Source: an uncultured Clostridia bacterium (GTDB lineage: Bacteria > Bacillota > Clostridia > Christensenellales > UBA1242). Taken from it: 64,000 bases of DNA. Below, in pieces: positions 63,875 through 64,000 of the stretch (position 1 is the stretch's first letter; each line of letters starts with the position of its first letter). Both the position numbers and the translations under genes were made by a program. Location: contig CAKVGH010000004.1 of the NCBI GenBank assembly GCA_934747255.1, positions 11,526-75,525 of the forward strand, written 5' to 3'. The notes beneath the pieces are model-generated. The model did no database searches. It had not been told where the DNA came from and was given only the letters and a program-made list of their open reading frames with translations.

Positions 63875-64000
63875 CTAATGACAAGTTGGTGTGTTACCGC
63901 CATTGCAACCGCAAAGTAACAAGATTAAAATTAACCAAGTCATATCGTTGCAACCGCATTGATTAAGCAAGAACAAAAGTAAAAGTATTGTGCAGCAATC
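63875..64000 (-). CDS. C-terminal 41 codons of a Cys-rich hydrophobic repeat peptide (gene runs off the right edge)
   Basis: The reverse complement reads DCCTILLLLFLLNQCGCNDMTWLILILLLCGCNGGNTPTCH, then a stop at 63875-63877. It contains two units of a Leu/Ile run followed by CGCN. Confidence 0.4.
   Translation of the reverse strand, partial: DCCTILLLLFLLNQCGCNDMTWLILILLLCGCNGGNTPTCH

Overview
Strongly AT-rich chromosomal segment that looks like a low-GC, spore-forming Firmicute. It uses the standard genetic code, GGAG-type ribosome-binding sites and sigma-A-like promoters, often with an extended -10 (TGnTAAAAT or TGnTATAAT). I call about 52 protein genes, roughly four fifths on the minus strand. 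I saw no rRNA, tRNA, CRISPR array, IS element, integrase or transposase.

Left part (1-18.3 kb) is core housekeeping: rplI 5' end, a DUF1540 protein, rpmG-secE-nusG-rplK-rplA, dnaB, typA, rubrerythrin, a SpoU/TrmH methyltransferase, an ABC-F ATPase, mnmA, gap, an M29 aminopeptidase and fba. rpmG is missing from the ORF track because it is only 49 aa.

Centre (18.6-40.6 kb) is a roughly 22-kb type IV secretion-like island, and it is the most interesting thing in the window:
- The minus-strand genes encode a VirB2-like two-helix pilin candidate, a 722-aa lipoprotein, a 708-aa polytopic VirB6-like protein, a VirB3-like::VirB4 fusion ATPase, a 987-aa coiled-coil protein and an 84-aa protein.
- The plus-strand genes encode a VirD4 coupling protein and a 2714-aa membrane-anchored Ig-repeat surface protein.
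- I found no recognisable relaxase, recombinase, primase or cell-wall hydrolase in the island or next to it. It sits between fba and sporulation genes.
- Five of its transcription units have sigma-A-like promoter candidates and six have hairpin terminators.

Right part (41-64 kb):
- A Rho paralogue keeps the Rho N-terminal, cold-shock-like and DERPE regions but has lost both Walker motifs.
- The sporulation genes are sleB-ypeB-spoIIR, a SipL-like DUF3794/LysM protein, veg, spo0A and spmAB.
- Housekeeping genes include rsmA-tatD-metG.
- A second Ig-repeat surface protein of 1138 aa is present.
- There are two paralogous divergent modules of a DUF1273/YpsA-like SLOG protein with XRE regulators.
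- Several unusual low-complexity proteins and a Cys-rich partial ORF at the right edge complete the region.

All functional calls rest on motifs I recognise by eye. No database search or computation was possible.
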